Numbered from the stretch's first letter, positions 38,224 through 48,800 are shown. The stretch: 64,000 nucleotides of DNA from Candidatus Sericytochromatia bacterium (GCA_035285865.1 JAYKHS010000007.1:83508-147507), one strand, 5' to 3'. Numbers and translations: made by a program. The notes: generated by a model from the letters alone, not told the origin.

Positions 38224-39408
38224 ATGTTGCCCAAGGCCACGGTCCAGGCCATCTGTCACGACGAGGCGGCTGCTGCCGTGCTCGTGCCCGTCCTGCGTGG
38301 CCTCTCGCCGGACAGGACGCGGCCCGAGATCGTCAGCCTCCATCGTTGGGGCAGGCGGCGCGGCATTCCGAGCGGCCCCGGGCCCCTGCTGCGCTCGGCC
38401 TTCCTGAGGGCGGCCGGCCCGCGTCCGGACCTGCTGCTCATCCACGCCGATCCCGGCCACCCCTTGCCGGACTGGGCCCAGACGCAAGTGGACCGCGAGC
38501 GGGGACGCGGCGCCCTCGTGCTGGCCGTCCAGCGCGGCAGTTTTCATCCGCCGGCCCATGGTGGCATAGACCCCGACATGGTCGTCGAGGGACAGGTCCC
38601 ACCGCCGATGGCTCGCCCCGCAGATCCGGGCTGGGATGCCCTCGCCATCTGGGGTGAGGGCTTCCGCGAGGCCCTTCCCGCAGGCAGTCGGGCCGTTGTC
38701 ACGGGATCGCCGGCCCTCGAGGAGTTGCTGGCGGCCGTCGACCCTGAGGGGGATGGGCTGCCGGCGCGCCACAAGGAGCTGCGCTTCAAGATGGCCCAGG
38801 CGGTCAATCGCGCCGTAGGCCTCGCCCCGCGAAGCCCCGTGGCCCTGCTGCATCTCGGGCTTAAGCCGCACTGGTGGCCCGAGGCGCGCATCCAGATCCT
38901 GATGGGCACCATCCTGACGACCTTGCGGGACAAAGGCCTGCATCCGGTCGTCTGGCCCACGCCCGGGGAGGACGCCACGGTGATCCGCCTCTACCGCGAG
39001 GCCGCGTCGGGCATCCTGCCCGCCGGGCTGCCCGTCCTGAAGCCCCGCACCCTCGCCAGCCTGCCGCTCGGCACGTGGCTGCTGGGCAGCCACCTCATCC
39101 TGACCGGGGGACACACCCCAGGCCTTCAGGCCGCAGCGCTCGGCGTCCCGGCGGTGGCCATCGTGCCGCCGGACGCCCCCTATGCTCCCGACTTCCTGCA
39201 CGCCACGGGGCATCCGGTCCTCCGGGATCCGCTCGCCTATCTGGGCGAGGCCCTGGGCTCCCGGATCGAACAGCTGCTCGAGATGCCGCCGGACCCGGTG
39301 CCGTTCCGCGACTTCCTCGCCCGCATGGACGGTGGATCGTTGCCGCGGCTGCTTGCGGCCGCCTCGTTCCTCCTCGAGCAGGTCACGGGTCCAAGATCTC
39401 CCGCATGA
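38224..39408 (+). CDS. Hypothetical GT-B-fold protein (glycerophosphotransferase/capsule-synthesis-like)
   Basis: AIWGE, VVTGSP, SHLILTG..T...[10 protein letters not shown]; start 38224 (or 38146). Confidence 0.55.
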   Translation: MLPKATVQAICHDEAAAAVLVPVLRGLSPDRTRPEIVSLHRWGRRRGIPSGPGPLLRSAFLRAAGPRPDLLLIHADPGHPLPDWAQTQVDRERGRGALVLAVQRGSFHPPAHGGIDPDMVVEGQVPPPMARPADPGWDALAIWGEGFREALPAGSRAVVTGSPALEELLAAVDPEGDGLPARHKELRFKMAQAVNRAVGLAPRSPVALLHLGLKPHWWPEARIQILMGTILTTLRDKGLHPVVWPTPGEDATVIRLYREAASGILPAGLPVLKPRTLASLPLGTWLLGSHLILTGGHTPGLQAAALGVPAVAIVPPDAPYAPDFLHATGHPVLRDPLAYLGEALGSRIEQLLEMPPDPVPFRDFLARMDGGSLPRLLAAASFLLEQVTGPRSPA

Positions 39409-39433
39409 CGCCGCTTCGTGCGATCATGGCGAG

Positions 39434-39838
39434 ATGACGAACCTCTCCGCACTGGGCCAGCAGGTCCCCACCCCGACGACGCCATCCGTCTCGATCCTCG
39501 AGCGTTTCGACAACCCGCGGCCCGGCCGGGACTACACCATCCGCTTCGACTGCCCCGAGTTCACCTGCATGTGCCCGATCACCGGCCAGCCAGACTTCGC
39601 GACCTTCACCATCACCTACGTCCCGGATCGGCATTGCGTGGAGCTCAAGTCCCTCAAGCTCTACATGGCGAGCTTCCGCAACACCGGCGCCTTCCACGAG
39701 GATGTCACGAACCGCATCCTCGACGATCTGACCGCGACCGTGTCGCCGCGTGCGATGCAGGTCGTCGGTGATTTCGCGGTGCGCGGCGGCATTCGCACCG
39801 TGGTCACGGCCCTGCACGGCGACCGCACCCTACTCTGA
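39434..39838 (+). CDS. queF: NADPH-dependent preQ0 reductase
   Basis: [32 protein letters not shown]. Confidence 0.95.
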   Translation: MTNLSALGQQVPTPTTPSVSILERFDNPRPGRDYTIRFDCPEFTCMCPITGQPDFATFTITYVPDRHCVELKSLKLYMASFRNTGAFHEDVTNRILDDLTATVSPRAMQVVGDFAVRGGIRTVVTALHGDRTLL

Positions 39839-39933
39839 CGACGGTCTTGCCGGCGGGACATCAACAGGCCCTTGCCGTCCGCTCAGACTCTGTTAATATA
39901 CTGTTGTCTGATTATTTTTTGGAGGTCCAGCCG

Positions 39934-40116
39934 ATGTCTCCCGCACCGCTGCCGGCCCCTGCCGGACTCGAACTCCTGTTGACCCCCGAGAACCTGCTGC
40001 GTGCAGGTCACGACGAGCTGCCCGTCTACAGCCAGCCGGAAGATCTGTCGCAGTTCACGGACGAGCCTCGCCCGGTCCGTGAACTGCGTCAACGCCAGGC
40101 ATACCACTGGTACTGA
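39934..40116 (+). CDS. Small hypothetical protein (60 aa)
   Basis: SD GGAGG, upstream TTGCCG-16-TAATAT with TG extension, GC3-biased codons. Confidence 0.6.
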   Translation: MSPAPLPAPAGLELLLTPENLLRAGHDELPVYSQPEDLSQFTDEPRPVRELRQRQAYHWY

Positions 40117-40135
40117 CCCGCGCGGAGAGCCCGGC

Positions 40136-40855
40136 TCAGCGGGCCTCGGAGCCCGTCCTGCGCGTCCTGCCCACCAGTGCCGCCACCAGACCGGCCTCGT
40201 CCGGTGCGAGCGGCAGGCGGTCCAGCATCCTGCAAAGCAGCATCGTCTTGGCGCGGGCCGAATCCTCGTCGGTCGCGAGGTAGCGGGCCAGCGCCCCGGC
40301 AAGCGCCCTCCGCGTCGTTTCGTCAGCCCAAGGAACAGCTGCGTGATTCGGCCTCACGGGTGAAGGCTCGGGTGCCGGACGCTCCCGTTCCATGGCCACC
40401 AGCGTGATCAGGGCCGTGACGGCCTGGGCGAGGTTGAGACTGGGGCCCGGAGCCGGTAAGCGGACCAGCCACGGCAGGTGCGCGCGCTCGGCCACGCCGA
40501 GGCCCGTCCGCTCGCTACCGAAGACCCACGCGACAGGGCCGGGCACGGGTGCCATGGCGAGCGCCTCGGCCGGACCAATCGTGACGCCGGCGGGACGCAC
40601 GTAAACTCTGGCCGTCGTCCCGAAGACCCGCCCCGTGCCTTCGAGTGCCTCGGGCAGGGAGGCCACGACCCGGGCGCTCCGGAGCACGTCTTCGCCTCCG
40701 GGAGCCGCAGCGAGGGCCAGCGGGTGGGTCGGAGCCACTCCCCCCACGAGCACCAGGTCCGTCCATCCGTATGCCGCCATGGCCCGCGCCACCATCCCGA
40801 CATTGTCCGGCAAGGTCGGATGGACGAGGACGACGCGATCCGTCAGCCCACCCAC
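40136..40855 (-). CDS. trmJ: TrmJ/TrmH-family SPOUT RNA methyltransferase
   Basis: VVLVHP...NVGMVARAM, GTTAR, VFGSERTGL, SLNLAQAV. Confidence 0.85.
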   Translation of the reverse strand: MGGLTDRVVLVHPTLPDNVGMVARAMAAYGWTDLVLVGGVAPTHPLALAAAPGGEDVLRSARVVASLPEALEGTGRVFGTTARVYVRPAGVTIGPAEALAMAPVPGPVAWVFGSERTGLGVAERAHLPWLVRLPAPGPSLNLAQAVTALITLVAMERERPAPEPSPVRPNHAAVPWADETTRRALAGALARYLATDEDSARAKTMLLCRMLDRLPLAPDEAGLVAALVGRTRRTGSEAR

Positions 40856-42699
40856 TGGCGCAGGTCCCCCTGACGTCGGGTGTGGCCTCGGGCATCGAGC
40901 GCTTCCAGCAACGGCACGATGAACCGTCGGCTCAGGCCGAGGGCCTCGCGTATGGCCGCCGTCGAGGCCCCGGCAGCATCCGGGATGGCGGAACGCACGC
41001 GCTCCTTCCAGACATCCCAATCCTCGGGACGGACCATGATGTCCTGTCCCAGATCCAGCCATTCACCCAGGACGGCAGCCTCATCGAGCAGGTCCGACCA
41101 CTCGGGCGGCTGGCCCCTGAGGACCTCGCCCCGGTCGACCAGTCCCTGCTGCGTGCCCGCTGCCGCGCGGATGCTGCCCCAGGCCGCGCCGACCCAGTCG
41201 GGTGCCGTTCGTGCCTTGCCCCCGGGCACCAGCCAGCGACCGACGGCGGTCCAGCCCGGAATCCGGGCCAACACCTCGCCCAGGACCCCCGCCTGCGCGG
41301 GGATTCTGGCCTGAATCTCCTCGCGCCGAAGCAGGCGACGATGCGCGGGCAACTGGTCCCACAGACCATCGAGCACCGCGGCAAGATCGCCCATCCTGTC
41401 CGGATGCAGCCCGCCCGCCGAAACCGGCAGCCACTGGCCAGCCCCGATGAGCTGCGCGAGGACCTCCCCGCGGGCATGCGCCGGCACCATGGCGCGTGCG
41501 GAGGCTTGGGACAGCGGCTCCCATCCCCCCTCCCCGAGCGTCAGCGCGATGCGTTCCGGCCAGCGTTCCTCCGCCGCGGCGGCAAGGCGCGCCCATCCCG
41601 TCCGGTCGCGACGGCGCAGCCGTTGGCCCATCGGTGCCACGACCGTCGCCCCGGCCTTGACGTAGCCCGGATCGTAATGACGCAGGACCACGCGATCGCC
41701 GAAGTCCGCCCACAAAGGCTGCTCGAGCAGCAGTTGGGCAAGACACGCCCCACCTTGCGCCAGGACCTCTCCCTCGTGCAGGGCGACACGCGCCAGCACC
41801 TCGCGCGTCCCGTGGTGCACGCGTACCCGCTCGCCGTGACGGACCTCGTGTCCGGCCGCAGACAACCGCACGTCAAGGACTTCCGAAGGCCCCAGCGTAT
41901 CCGGGTCCAGCAGCCAATGGCCGCGCGCGACCTCGGGATTGCCGGTCACGGCCAGGTTGACCGCCACGCGATGACCGGCCGGCACCTCGGGCATCGCGTC
42001 CCCATGCACCTGCAAGCCGCGCACGCGCACCCGATGGCCGCCCGGCTCGAGCACCAGCGCCATGCCCTCCCGAAGGGTCCCCGCCGTCAGCGTTCCCGTC
42101 ACGACGGTGCCGAAGCCCTGGCGGACGAAGACACGATCCACGGCCAGCCGGACCGGAGCAGCGGCCGGCCGCGACGAGGGCCGGGCAGTCCGGGCATCGA
42201 TGGCGGCCACCAGCGCCTCGAGGCCCTCGCCCGTGACGCTGGAAACCGGCAGGATCGGGGCCTCCGACCACGCCGTGCCCGACAGGCCCTCTCGGATGTC
42301 GGCCTCGGCAAGCTCGACCAGCTCCGGACCGGCCAGGTCGATCTTGGTCATCACGATCAGACCGGGTGGCAGCCCGAGCAATTCCAGGATGGCCAGATGC
42401 TCGCGGGTCTGGGGCATGACGCCGTCGTCGGCCGCCACGACCAGCAGCACCAGGTCCATGCCGCCGACGCCTGCCAGCATGTTCTTGAGGAAACGTTCGT
42501 GCCCGGGCACGTCGATGACACCGGCGACCCTCCCCGATGGGAGGGGGAAGGCTGCAAAGCCCAGATCGATCGTCAGCCCCCGGCGCTGCTCCTCGGCCAG
42601 GCGATCGGTGTCCACGCCTGTCAGACGGCGGACCAGAGACGTCTTGCCGTGATCGACATGACCAGCGGTGCCGATGACTACGGGCACGAGACCGCTCAC
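40843..42699 (-). CDS. selB: Selenocysteine-specific translation elongation factor
   Basis: GTAGHVDHGKT, DRLAEE.RRG.TIDLGF, DVPGHE, TKID; C-terminal WH GLSRRFIVPLLEALD. Confidence 0.95.
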   Translation of the reverse strand: MSGLVPVVIGTAGHVDHGKTSLVRRLTGVDTDRLAEEQRRGLTIDLGFAAFPLPSGRVAGVIDVPGHERFLKNMLAGVGGMDLVLLVVAADDGVMPQTREHLAILELLGLPPGLIVMTKIDLAGPELVELAEADIREGLSGTAWSEAPILPVSSVTGEGLEALVAAIDARTARPSSRPAAAPVRLAVDRVFVRQGFGTVVTGTLTAGTLREGMALVLEPGGHRVRVRGLQVHGDAMPEVPAGHRVAVNLAVTGNPEVARGHWLLDPDTLGPSEVLDVRLSAAGHEVRHGERVRVHHGTREVLARVALHEGEVLAQGGACLAQLLLEQPLWADFGDRVVLRHYDPGYVKAGATVVAPMGQRLRRRDRTGWARLAAAAEERWPERIALTLGEGGWEPLSQASARAMVPAHARGEVLAQLIGAGQWLPVSAGGLHPDRMGDLAAVLDGLWDQLPAHRRLLRREEIQARIPAQAGVLGEVLARIPGWTAVGRWLVPGGKARTAPDWVGAAWGSIRAAAGTQQGLVDRGEVLRGQPPEWSDLLDEAAVLGEWLDLGQDIMVRPEDWDVWKERVRSAIPDAAGASTAAIREALGLSRRFIVPLLEALDARGHTRRQGDLRQWVG

Positions 42700-44102
42700 G
42701 GACGCTCACCCTGCAACTGCCGGAAGGCCGCGACCACGTCGTCCGCATCCCCGGGCAGCAGGGTCCGGACATCCAGCCACCACGCCCCGTCGCGCAACCG
42801 CCCGATGACCGGGCGCGCACCAAGACGCAGGGCCGTGGCCAGCGCATCCGCCGACCAACCGCCCGCAGGACAGGGGACGCGCACGGCCCAGCTTGCGACC
42901 TCGGTCGCAGGCAAGGCCCCACCACCCGGCATGGAGACTGTTGCCACGGCCTCGGCAGGCCAGCCGGCCTCCAGCAGGCGCGAAGCAAGGTCCCGGGCGA
43001 GGGGCTCGAGCTCCTCGGCCGTCGCCGACAGCATCGCGAGGGCCGGCAGGGCCTGCTCGGGCGGGATGCCCGTGCCGTATCGCCGCAGCGTGGCCTCGAG
43101 CAGGGCCAGCGTGACCTTGTCGCAGCGGAACGCACGCAGCAGGGGGCGACGCCGCAGGCGATCGATCAGGTCCTTGCGTCCGGCGATTATGCCCGCCTGG
43201 GGGCCACCCAGCAGCTTGTCCCCCGAGAAGGTCACGAGGTCCAGACCGTCGGCCAGCACGCGCGGCACGGTCGGCTCGTCCGGAAGTCCGAGGGGCCCCA
43301 GCGGCACCAGGGAACCGGAACCCAGATCCTCGACCACGGGCAAGCCATGCCGGCGTCCGAAGGCCACCAGGTCGGCACGGGGCACCTCGGCCACGAATCC
43401 GGTCATGCGGTAGTTCGATGTGTGGCACTTCAGGACGAGCCGGGACTGCTCGGAGACGGCCGCTTCGAAGTCCGCGAGACGCGTGCGGTTGGTCGCTCCC
43501 ACTTCCCGGAGCACGGCGCCGGAGGTCGCCACCACCTCAGGAATGCGGAAAGAGCCCCCGATCTCCACCAGCTCCCCGCGCGAGACGAGGACCTCGCCCG
43601 ACCGGGCCAGCGCGTCGACGACCAGCAGGACGGCTGCGGCGTTGTTGTTGACGACCAGCACGGCTTCTGCGCCCGTCAGTCGTCGCAGGTGTTCCTCGAC
43701 CACGAGATGCCTGTCTCCCCGGGAGCCGGTCTCGAGGTCGAACTCGAGGTTGCAATAACCCGTGGCCTCCGCCAGAGCCTCGCGGACCACGTCCTCGGAA
43801 AGTGGAGCCCTTCCGAGATTCGTGTTGAGGACCACGCCCGTTCCGTTGACGACCCGACGCAGGCGGGGTGCCCACGTCCGGGCCAGTTGCTCCTCGACGA
43901 GGGCCACCCAGTCGGCGGCTTCGTCCGGCACGGATGTCCCGGCCTGAAGGGCGGCACGGGCCCCGGCGATCACGATGCGGACCGCCTCGGCAACCGCCTC
44001 GTCCCCGTGGCGTGCGCGACTGGCCGAGAGCGCGGGCGAGGCCATCAGGCGACCGACGGCAGGCAGCGCCCGCAGGGATCCTGATGCAGAGGGGTCGGGC
44101 AT
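42696..44102 (-). CDS. selA: L-seryl-tRNA(Sec) selenium transferase
   Basis: VNGTGVVLNTNLGRA, VVNNNAAA, ELVEIGGSFRIP, EDLGSG, FSGDKLLGGPQAG. Confidence 0.95.
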   Translation of the reverse strand: MPDPSASGSLRALPAVGRLMASPALSASRARHGDEAVAEAVRIVIAGARAALQAGTSVPDEAADWVALVEEQLARTWAPRLRRVVNGTGVVLNTNLGRAPLSEDVVREALAEATGYCNLEFDLETGSRGDRHLVVEEHLRRLTGAEAVLVVNNNAAAVLLVVDALARSGEVLVSRGELVEIGGSFRIPEVVATSGAVLREVGATNRTRLADFEAAVSEQSRLVLKCHTSNYRMTGFVAEVPRADLVAFGRRHGLPVVEDLGSGSLVPLGPLGLPDEPTVPRVLADGLDLVTFSGDKLLGGPQAGIIAGRKDLIDRLRRRPLLRAFRCDKVTLALLEATLRRYGTGIPPEQALPALAMLSATAEELEPLARDLASRLLEAGWPAEAVATVSMPGGGALPATEVASWAVRVPCPAGGWSADALATALRLGARPVIGRLRDGAWWLDVRTLLPGDADDVVAAFRQLQGERP

Positions 44103-44157
44103 GACCTGCCCATTCTATCCCTTGACACCGGGAATGCCGAATGCACACGATGAATCC

Positions 44158-44619
44158 GTGCTTCTGGACGTGCTTGCCTGGGTCGCCCGCCGCGAGGGTG
44201 CGCGGATGACCGAGATCCGCAGTGCCTTCGGCCTGAGCCCGTGGATGGCGGGCGCGCTGGTGGTGCAACTGCAGGATGCCGGATGGCTCGAGGACCCTGT
44301 CCTCGGTACCTGCCATCATCTGGGACCGGATGCCGACGCCGGTTCCTGCGGCAACTGCTCGGGCGGGGGCTGTTCGTCGCAACGGAGTGTCACGGACGAC
44401 CACGGCGCCCTGCTGGGCACGGAGATGGCCTTCGAGCAGGGCTGCTGCGGCATGAACCAGCCCTACAGGGTCACGGCAGCAGGTCGCTCCGTGCTCGAAA
44501 CGGCCACGCCCACCCCCGCGGACGAGGCCCGGAGCGAACGGCCCACCGCCGAGCATGTGGCCGCTGCCTGGGTGGCCCGGGCGCAGGCGCGCTCAAGGCT
44601 GGACCGCCCCGGAAGCTGA
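44158..44619 (+). CDS. Winged-helix protein with Cys-rich wing (FeoC-like)
   Basis: HTH...LQDAGWLE, then CHH...CGNC...C...CC, then YRVTAAGR; TTGACA-18-CACGAT 6 nt before GTG 44158 (alternative ATG 44134). Confidence 0.55.
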   Translation: MLLDVLAWVARREGARMTEIRSAFGLSPWMAGALVVQLQDAGWLEDPVLGTCHHLGPDADAGSCGNCSGGGCSSQRSVTDDHGALLGTEMAFEQGCCGMNQPYRVTAAGRSVLETATPTPADEARSERPTAEHVAAAWVARAQARSRLDRPGS

Positions 44620-44637
44620 CGCTCGGGATCCTCGGGC

Positions 44638-46137
44638 TCAGTCGAGGCGCACGGGCAGGCGGCCCGGGAAGCGCCCCTCTTCCCAGAGGGCGTCCACCAC
44701 CGCCTGCTGCTCGGCAGCGCCGGCGCCGTAGGCGCAGATGTAGGCGGCTGCTGCCGGGCACTGCTGAACCAGATAGGGACTGGAGAACGAGACTACGGTC
44801 GTCGGGACCGCCTCCGTCAGCTCGCGCGCCACGGCAGCGAGGTCGGCCCCGAGGTTGCTGCGGTCCTTCCACGCCTTGACCAAAGAGAAGATCGCGAGGA
44901 GGGCGGCCCCCTCCTCGCGGGCCGCGGCCACGATGGCCGCCCGGGCCTCATCCGACACGCCGGGTGCCACGAAGGTCGGCGCGAAGCCCCGTTCACGCAA
45001 AGCTGCCACGAGGGGGGCCGATTCCCCGATCTCGCCATCGTCGTCCAGGATCACGACCTTGCAGGCACCGGCCAACGGCGGAATGGGCGCGCCATGAACC
45101 AGTGTCAGGGCCTGGCGGGAGATCCGCTCGGCCACGGCACGTCCCTCCTCCGGCGAGGGCGCCGGCAGCATGGGCAAACGGGCCAGCCCTTGCCGGAAAC
45201 GTTCCACGCGGCGCAGAGCATCGGCGACGCGTGCCTCCGTGACGCGACCGGAAGCCACCGCACGCTCGAGGGCAGCGAGTGCCTTCTCGGGATCAGGCGG
45301 CATCAGCAAGACGTCACAGCCCGCCTCAAGTGCCGCCGTGACGGCATCCTCCTCGGACCAGGTCTCCGTCACACCACCCATGATCAAGGCGTCCGTGACC
45401 ACCAGCCCGTCGAAGCCCAGCTCTTCCCGCAGCAGTCCCGTCACGATCGGCCGGGAAAGCGTCGCGGGCAAACCCTGCGGGTCCAGCGCCGGAACAGCCA
45501 GATGCCCGACCATGACGCTGTCGACCTCGGCCTCGAGGGCCGCACGGAACGGGGGCAGTTCGATCGCCTCGAGATGGGCTCGGTCCACGGACAGGGTCGG
45601 CAGGGTGGTATGCGAATCCACCTCGGTGTCGCCGTGGCCGGGGAAGTGCTTCGCACAAGCCATCAGGCCAGCCTCACGGGCTGCCGTCACCCAGGTGGCG
45701 ACGCAGTCCGACACGGCCGCGGGCTCGCTGCCGAAGCTGCGCATGTTGATGATGGGGTTGCGCGGGTTGCTGTTCACGTCAGCGACCGGGGCGAAGGCCC
45801 AGTTGACGCCGCGCGCCCGCGCCTCGACAGCCGTGAGGCGCGCCGCAGCCCTGATGGCCTCGGCATCCCCGGTGGCCGCCAACGCCATCGCACACGGCAG
45901 AACCGTGGCACCCGCCAGTTGCTGACCGGCCCCGTACTCGATGTCCGAGGCCACCAGCAGCGGCAGGTCACTGACGGCATTCAGGCGCGCGATGAGTTCG
46001 GGAAGCACCGCGGTGGCCCGGAAGATGATGTAACCGCCCCAGCCAAAGCGCCTGTGGCTTTCGATCAAGAGCTCGAGGTTCCCGTCCTCCGGCAGGCGGA
46101 GGACGGGACAGATCAGGGAGGCGAGCGATGAAGGCAC
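44638..46137 (-). CDS. nagZ: GH3 beta-N-acetylhexosaminidase
   Basis: SDIEYG, FAPVADV, RSFG, KHFPGHGDTEVDSH, VTDALIM. Confidence 0.9.
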   Translation of the reverse strand: MPSSLASLICPVLRLPEDGNLELLIESHRRFGWGGYIIFRATAVLPELIARLNAVSDLPLLVASDIEYGAGQQLAGATVLPCAMALAATGDAEAIRAAARLTAVEARARGVNWAFAPVADVNSNPRNPIINMRSFGSEPAAVSDCVATWVTAAREAGLMACAKHFPGHGDTEVDSHTTLPTLSVDRAHLEAIELPPFRAALEAEVDSVMVGHLAVPALDPQGLPATLSRPIVTGLLREELGFDGLVVTDALIMGGVTETWSEEDAVTAALEAGCDVLLMPPDPEKALAALERAVASGRVTEARVADALRRVERFRQGLARLPMLPAPSPEEGRAVAERISRQALTLVHGAPIPPLAGACKVVILDDDGEIGESAPLVAALRERGFAPTFVAPGVSDEARAAIVAAAREEGAALLAIFSLVKAWKDRSNLGADLAAVARELTEAVPTTVVSFSSPYLVQQCPAAAAYICAYGAGAAEQQAVVDALWEEGRFPGRLPVRLD

Positions 46138-46154
46138 GGGCTAATCCGGCGGCA

Positions 46155-47129
46155 CTATCGGGAACGACGGATGAGGCCACCCGACGGCTCGGCAGGCGTC
46201 GGGGCTGAACCGGGCAACATCGGAGCCATCGGGACATAAGGCTCCACCGACGAGCCCAGCGAAGGCGTGAAGCCGAACCCGGCCATCACGGCCTGGCTGC
46301 GCTGGCCGTAGGCGTCACCGGGCACGGTAATCCAAGTTGCCGTGAGGTAGGCGCTGTTGCCCAGAATCAGGCGTCCGCCGACGCCCCACTGGCTCTCGAG
46401 AGGATTCTGGGACTGGCCCGCAGTAGTCGCGGTCGCAAGCGCCCCGTTGTAATTCCAGCCGAGGACCAACTGCCCAAGGTCCAGATCGGACCCGACACCA
46501 AGCCCGACCCGCGTGCCGTGGGACATCATCCGTAGGCTGGGCACCCCGTAGAAGCGCATGTTGCCCACGTTCTGCATGAGATCGACGCGAAACTCCACAC
46601 CCTGGCTGGCCCGAAAGCCGGGCGCACTCACCAGCCCGAAGAACGGCGCCACCAACTCGGGACGCTGGGACTCCTCGGCCGCCGTCGTCAGGTAGGCATC
46701 ACTTCGGTACAGCATCGCGATGCCGGTCGACCCCCAGATTGATTGGGAGATTCGGGCACGCACACCCGCGAGCGTGACGGGACCGAGCAGAGCCGCCAGC
46801 TCGACGCCATCCTGAGGTGCCAAGCGCAGGCCGCCAACAGGGGCGATGCTGCCGGCAGGAGCGGTCGACGGACCACCCAGCAGCGTCATGCCGCCCGCAC
46901 CGAACTCGACCCCGCCCTGAGCAAGGTAGCGCGGCGCGAAGAGCAGACCGCCGCCCGTCCAGATGTCACCGGGACGTTCCGGCATGGCAACGGGCATCAG
47001 GGCCGACCCGACCGCGGCGCCTGCAGGAGCGGAACCGATCGGACCGGCCACGACCTGCGCGACCGCGGGCATCTGGACCAACGTGGTAAGACTGGCCGCG
47101 GTGGCGGCCGTAGCGAGCAAGCGTGCCAT
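46155..47129 (-). CDS. Hypothetical secreted/outer-membrane beta-strand-rich protein
   Basis: Signal peptide ending PAVA; alternating beta-strand patterns; SD GAGGAG. Confidence 0.6.
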   Translation of the reverse strand: MARLLATAATAASLTTLVQMPAVAQVVAGPIGSAPAGAAVGSALMPVAMPERPGDIWTGGGLLFAPRYLAQGGVEFGAGGMTLLGGPSTAPAGSIAPVGGLRLAPQDGVELAALLGPVTLAGVRARISQSIWGSTGIAMLYRSDAYLTTAAEESQRPELVAPFFGLVSAPGFRASQGVEFRVDLMQNVGNMRFYGVPSLRMMSHGTRVGLGVGSDLDLGQLVLGWNYNGALATATTAGQSQNPLESQWGVGGRLILGNSAYLTATWITVPGDAYGQRSQAVMAGFGFTPSLGSSVEPYVPMAPMLPGSAPTPAEPSGGLIRRSR

Positions 47130-47270
47130 GGCTGGAACCGACTCCTCATCGTGGACGGGGGAACGGAGGAAGGACGGACACCCATTGTCCGCAGGCAACC
47201 TCCAGACCATCATGCCACGCTTAGGGGGTCCCGAGCGGACATCAGTCCCGGCCATGGTAGGCTCATGACC

Positions 47271-48581
47271 ATGAAATCAGGTACCTTCAGGCGCTCGGTC
47301 GCGGCCCTCGCCACGTGGGTCCTTTCGGGGACCGTAGCACTGCCGGCCTCGGCCCATGTGGTCGAGGAAGCCTACAAGGACGTGCCGGGAGGGCACTGGG
47401 CAGCCGATGCGGTGGCCGAGATGAGCATCCGCCGGGTCCTGATGAAGGGCTTCGAGGACAACACGTTCCGTGGTGAGGCCGCCTTCTCACGCGGGGACCT
47501 AGCCTGGGCGCTCGAGGACCTCGTGCAGGAACTGGAACTGCTGTCGAAGACGTCGTGGGCGCTCGAGAAACCTCGGGAAAAGGTCTTTGGCGACCTGCGC
47601 GGCAGCGAGGCCAGGACAGCCGGCGTCCAGAAACTGGCCAACCGCTACGGACTGTGGGATGGCGTGCCCGGCATCGAGGACGATCGCTTCCACCCGGAAG
47701 CCCAGGTGACCCGAGCCGAGATCGCGATGGTCGTCAGGAATCTGCTCGCCGCCGGAGAAGCACGAGGCGTGGTGCTGCCCCGAGATCCCCGGTCCCCCGA
47801 CAATCCCTTCAAGGACGTGCGCGAGTCCGAGTGGGCCTATCACGCCATCCTCGAGGACAATCAGCGCTACAGGGTGATGGTGGGCTTCCCGGACATCACC
47901 TTCCGTCCGGACGGTCTGCTGGACCGCTTCCAGTTCGCCGCCATCGGCTCGGCCAGCTTCGGCATGATCCGGGAGTTGATTCGGCGCTCTGCCGTCGAGC
48001 GCGCCGCCATGGCGGAGAAAGGCCAGACCGAGCGCTACCTGGAGAAGCTGCCCCTCGTGGTGGCCGGAGGCGCAGGCCTTGCCGAAGGGACGACGCCGGG
48101 CACCGCCGGGGACCTCTTCCTCAGGGCGGGCCTCCACGGCGCCTTGCCTGAGGCGCTCGGGGGGACCAAGTGGTTCCACTATCTGGATGCAAGCGTGGGC
48201 CTGGCCCCGACTGCCGGTGCCTTCTCCCTGCTGGCATGTACCGGCCCTGCCGGCCCGATCTTCTCCGACGTGCTCTCCGGTTCCCTGCAACTGCAACCCT
48301 ACGCAGGCGTGCGCGCGGCCATGGCCGGAGCCTTCTCGGCAGCCGCACCCGTCGTGGGCGGCTTTGCCTACTGGCGCCGCGACGCCATCGGCCTGCAGTT
48401 CCAGACCGACCTGGCAGCACTGGAGCCCGTGGGCCAGCCCTTGGGGCTGCTTGCCGCGGCGGGCGTCCAGGGAGACTGGCGCTTTGGTGAGAAGCAAGCC
48501 CTGGTGCTGGGTGCCCACTGGGACAGGCGGCCGGGCACCAACGCCGTGCGCGGTCTTGCAGGCTTGCAGTTCGGCCTCTGA
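47271..48581 (+). CDS. S-layer homology (SLH) domain protein with probable C-terminal beta-barrel
   Basis: YKDVPGGHWA, GFEDNTFRG, FHPEAQVTRAE, FKDV..SEWA, GFPD.TFRP; ends GLQFGL. Confidence 0.85.
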   Translation: MKSGTFRRSVAALATWVLSGTVALPASAHVVEEAYKDVPGGHWAADAVAEMSIRRVLMKGFEDNTFRGEAAFSRGDLAWALEDLVQELELLSKTSWALEKPREKVFGDLRGSEARTAGVQKLANRYGLWDGVPGIEDDRFHPEAQVTRAEIAMVVRNLLAAGEARGVVLPRDPRSPDNPFKDVRESEWAYHAILEDNQRYRVMVGFPDITFRPDGLLDRFQFAAIGSASFGMIRELIRRSAVERAAMAEKGQTERYLEKLPLVVAGGAGLAEGTTPGTAGDLFLRAGLHGALPEALGGTKWFHYLDASVGLAPTAGAFSLLACTGPAGPIFSDVLSGSLQLQPYAGVRAAMAGAFSAAAPVVGGFAYWRRDAIGLQFQTDLAALEPVGQPLGLLAAAGVQGDWRFGEKQALVLGAHWDRRPGTNAVRGLAGLQFGL

Positions 48582-48669
48582 GCGAACGGACGGTCCACGG
48601 ACGGGGGCAACCGGAAACGGTTGGCCCCGTCGCTCTTTGGGAGTTGCGCGCCATCACCCGGTCGGCCTG

Positions 48670-48708
48670 AAAAAGACCGAGGACCGGACAACAAGTGTCC
48701 GGTCCTCG
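48670..48708 (-). terminator. Intrinsic terminator after the tRNA pair
   Basis: GAGGACCGGACA/TGTCCGGTCCTC stem followed by a T run on the minus strand. Confidence 0.8.
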
Positions 48709-48712
48709 ATGA

Positions 48713-48788
48713 TGGTACCCCCTAGGGGATTCGAACCCCTGTTACCGCCGTGAGAGGGCGACGTCCTAGGCCTCTAGACGAAGGGGGC
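48713..48788 (-). tRNA. tRNA-Glu (CTC)
   Basis: Cloverleaf GCCCCCT...AGGGGGT-A-CCA, anticodon loop CT-CTC-AC, T loop TTCGAAT. Confidence 0.97.
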
Positions 48789-48800
48789 CTGGCTAAGGAG

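Noticed and set aside
39380..39434. preQ1 riboswitch upstream of queF
   Set aside because: Only ~25 nt intergenic, with no AGAGGUUCUAG-like core or A-rich tail.
40645..43413. Long antisense ORFs (e.g. 3063..5318, 25855..28470, 40645..43413, 58868..60820)
   Set aside because: Shadow frames of well-supported genes in high-GC DNA, with no motifs of their own.
40100..44640. selC (tRNA-Sec) or selD next to selAB
   Set aside because: No UCA-anticodon tRNA or SelD motifs found in this window.
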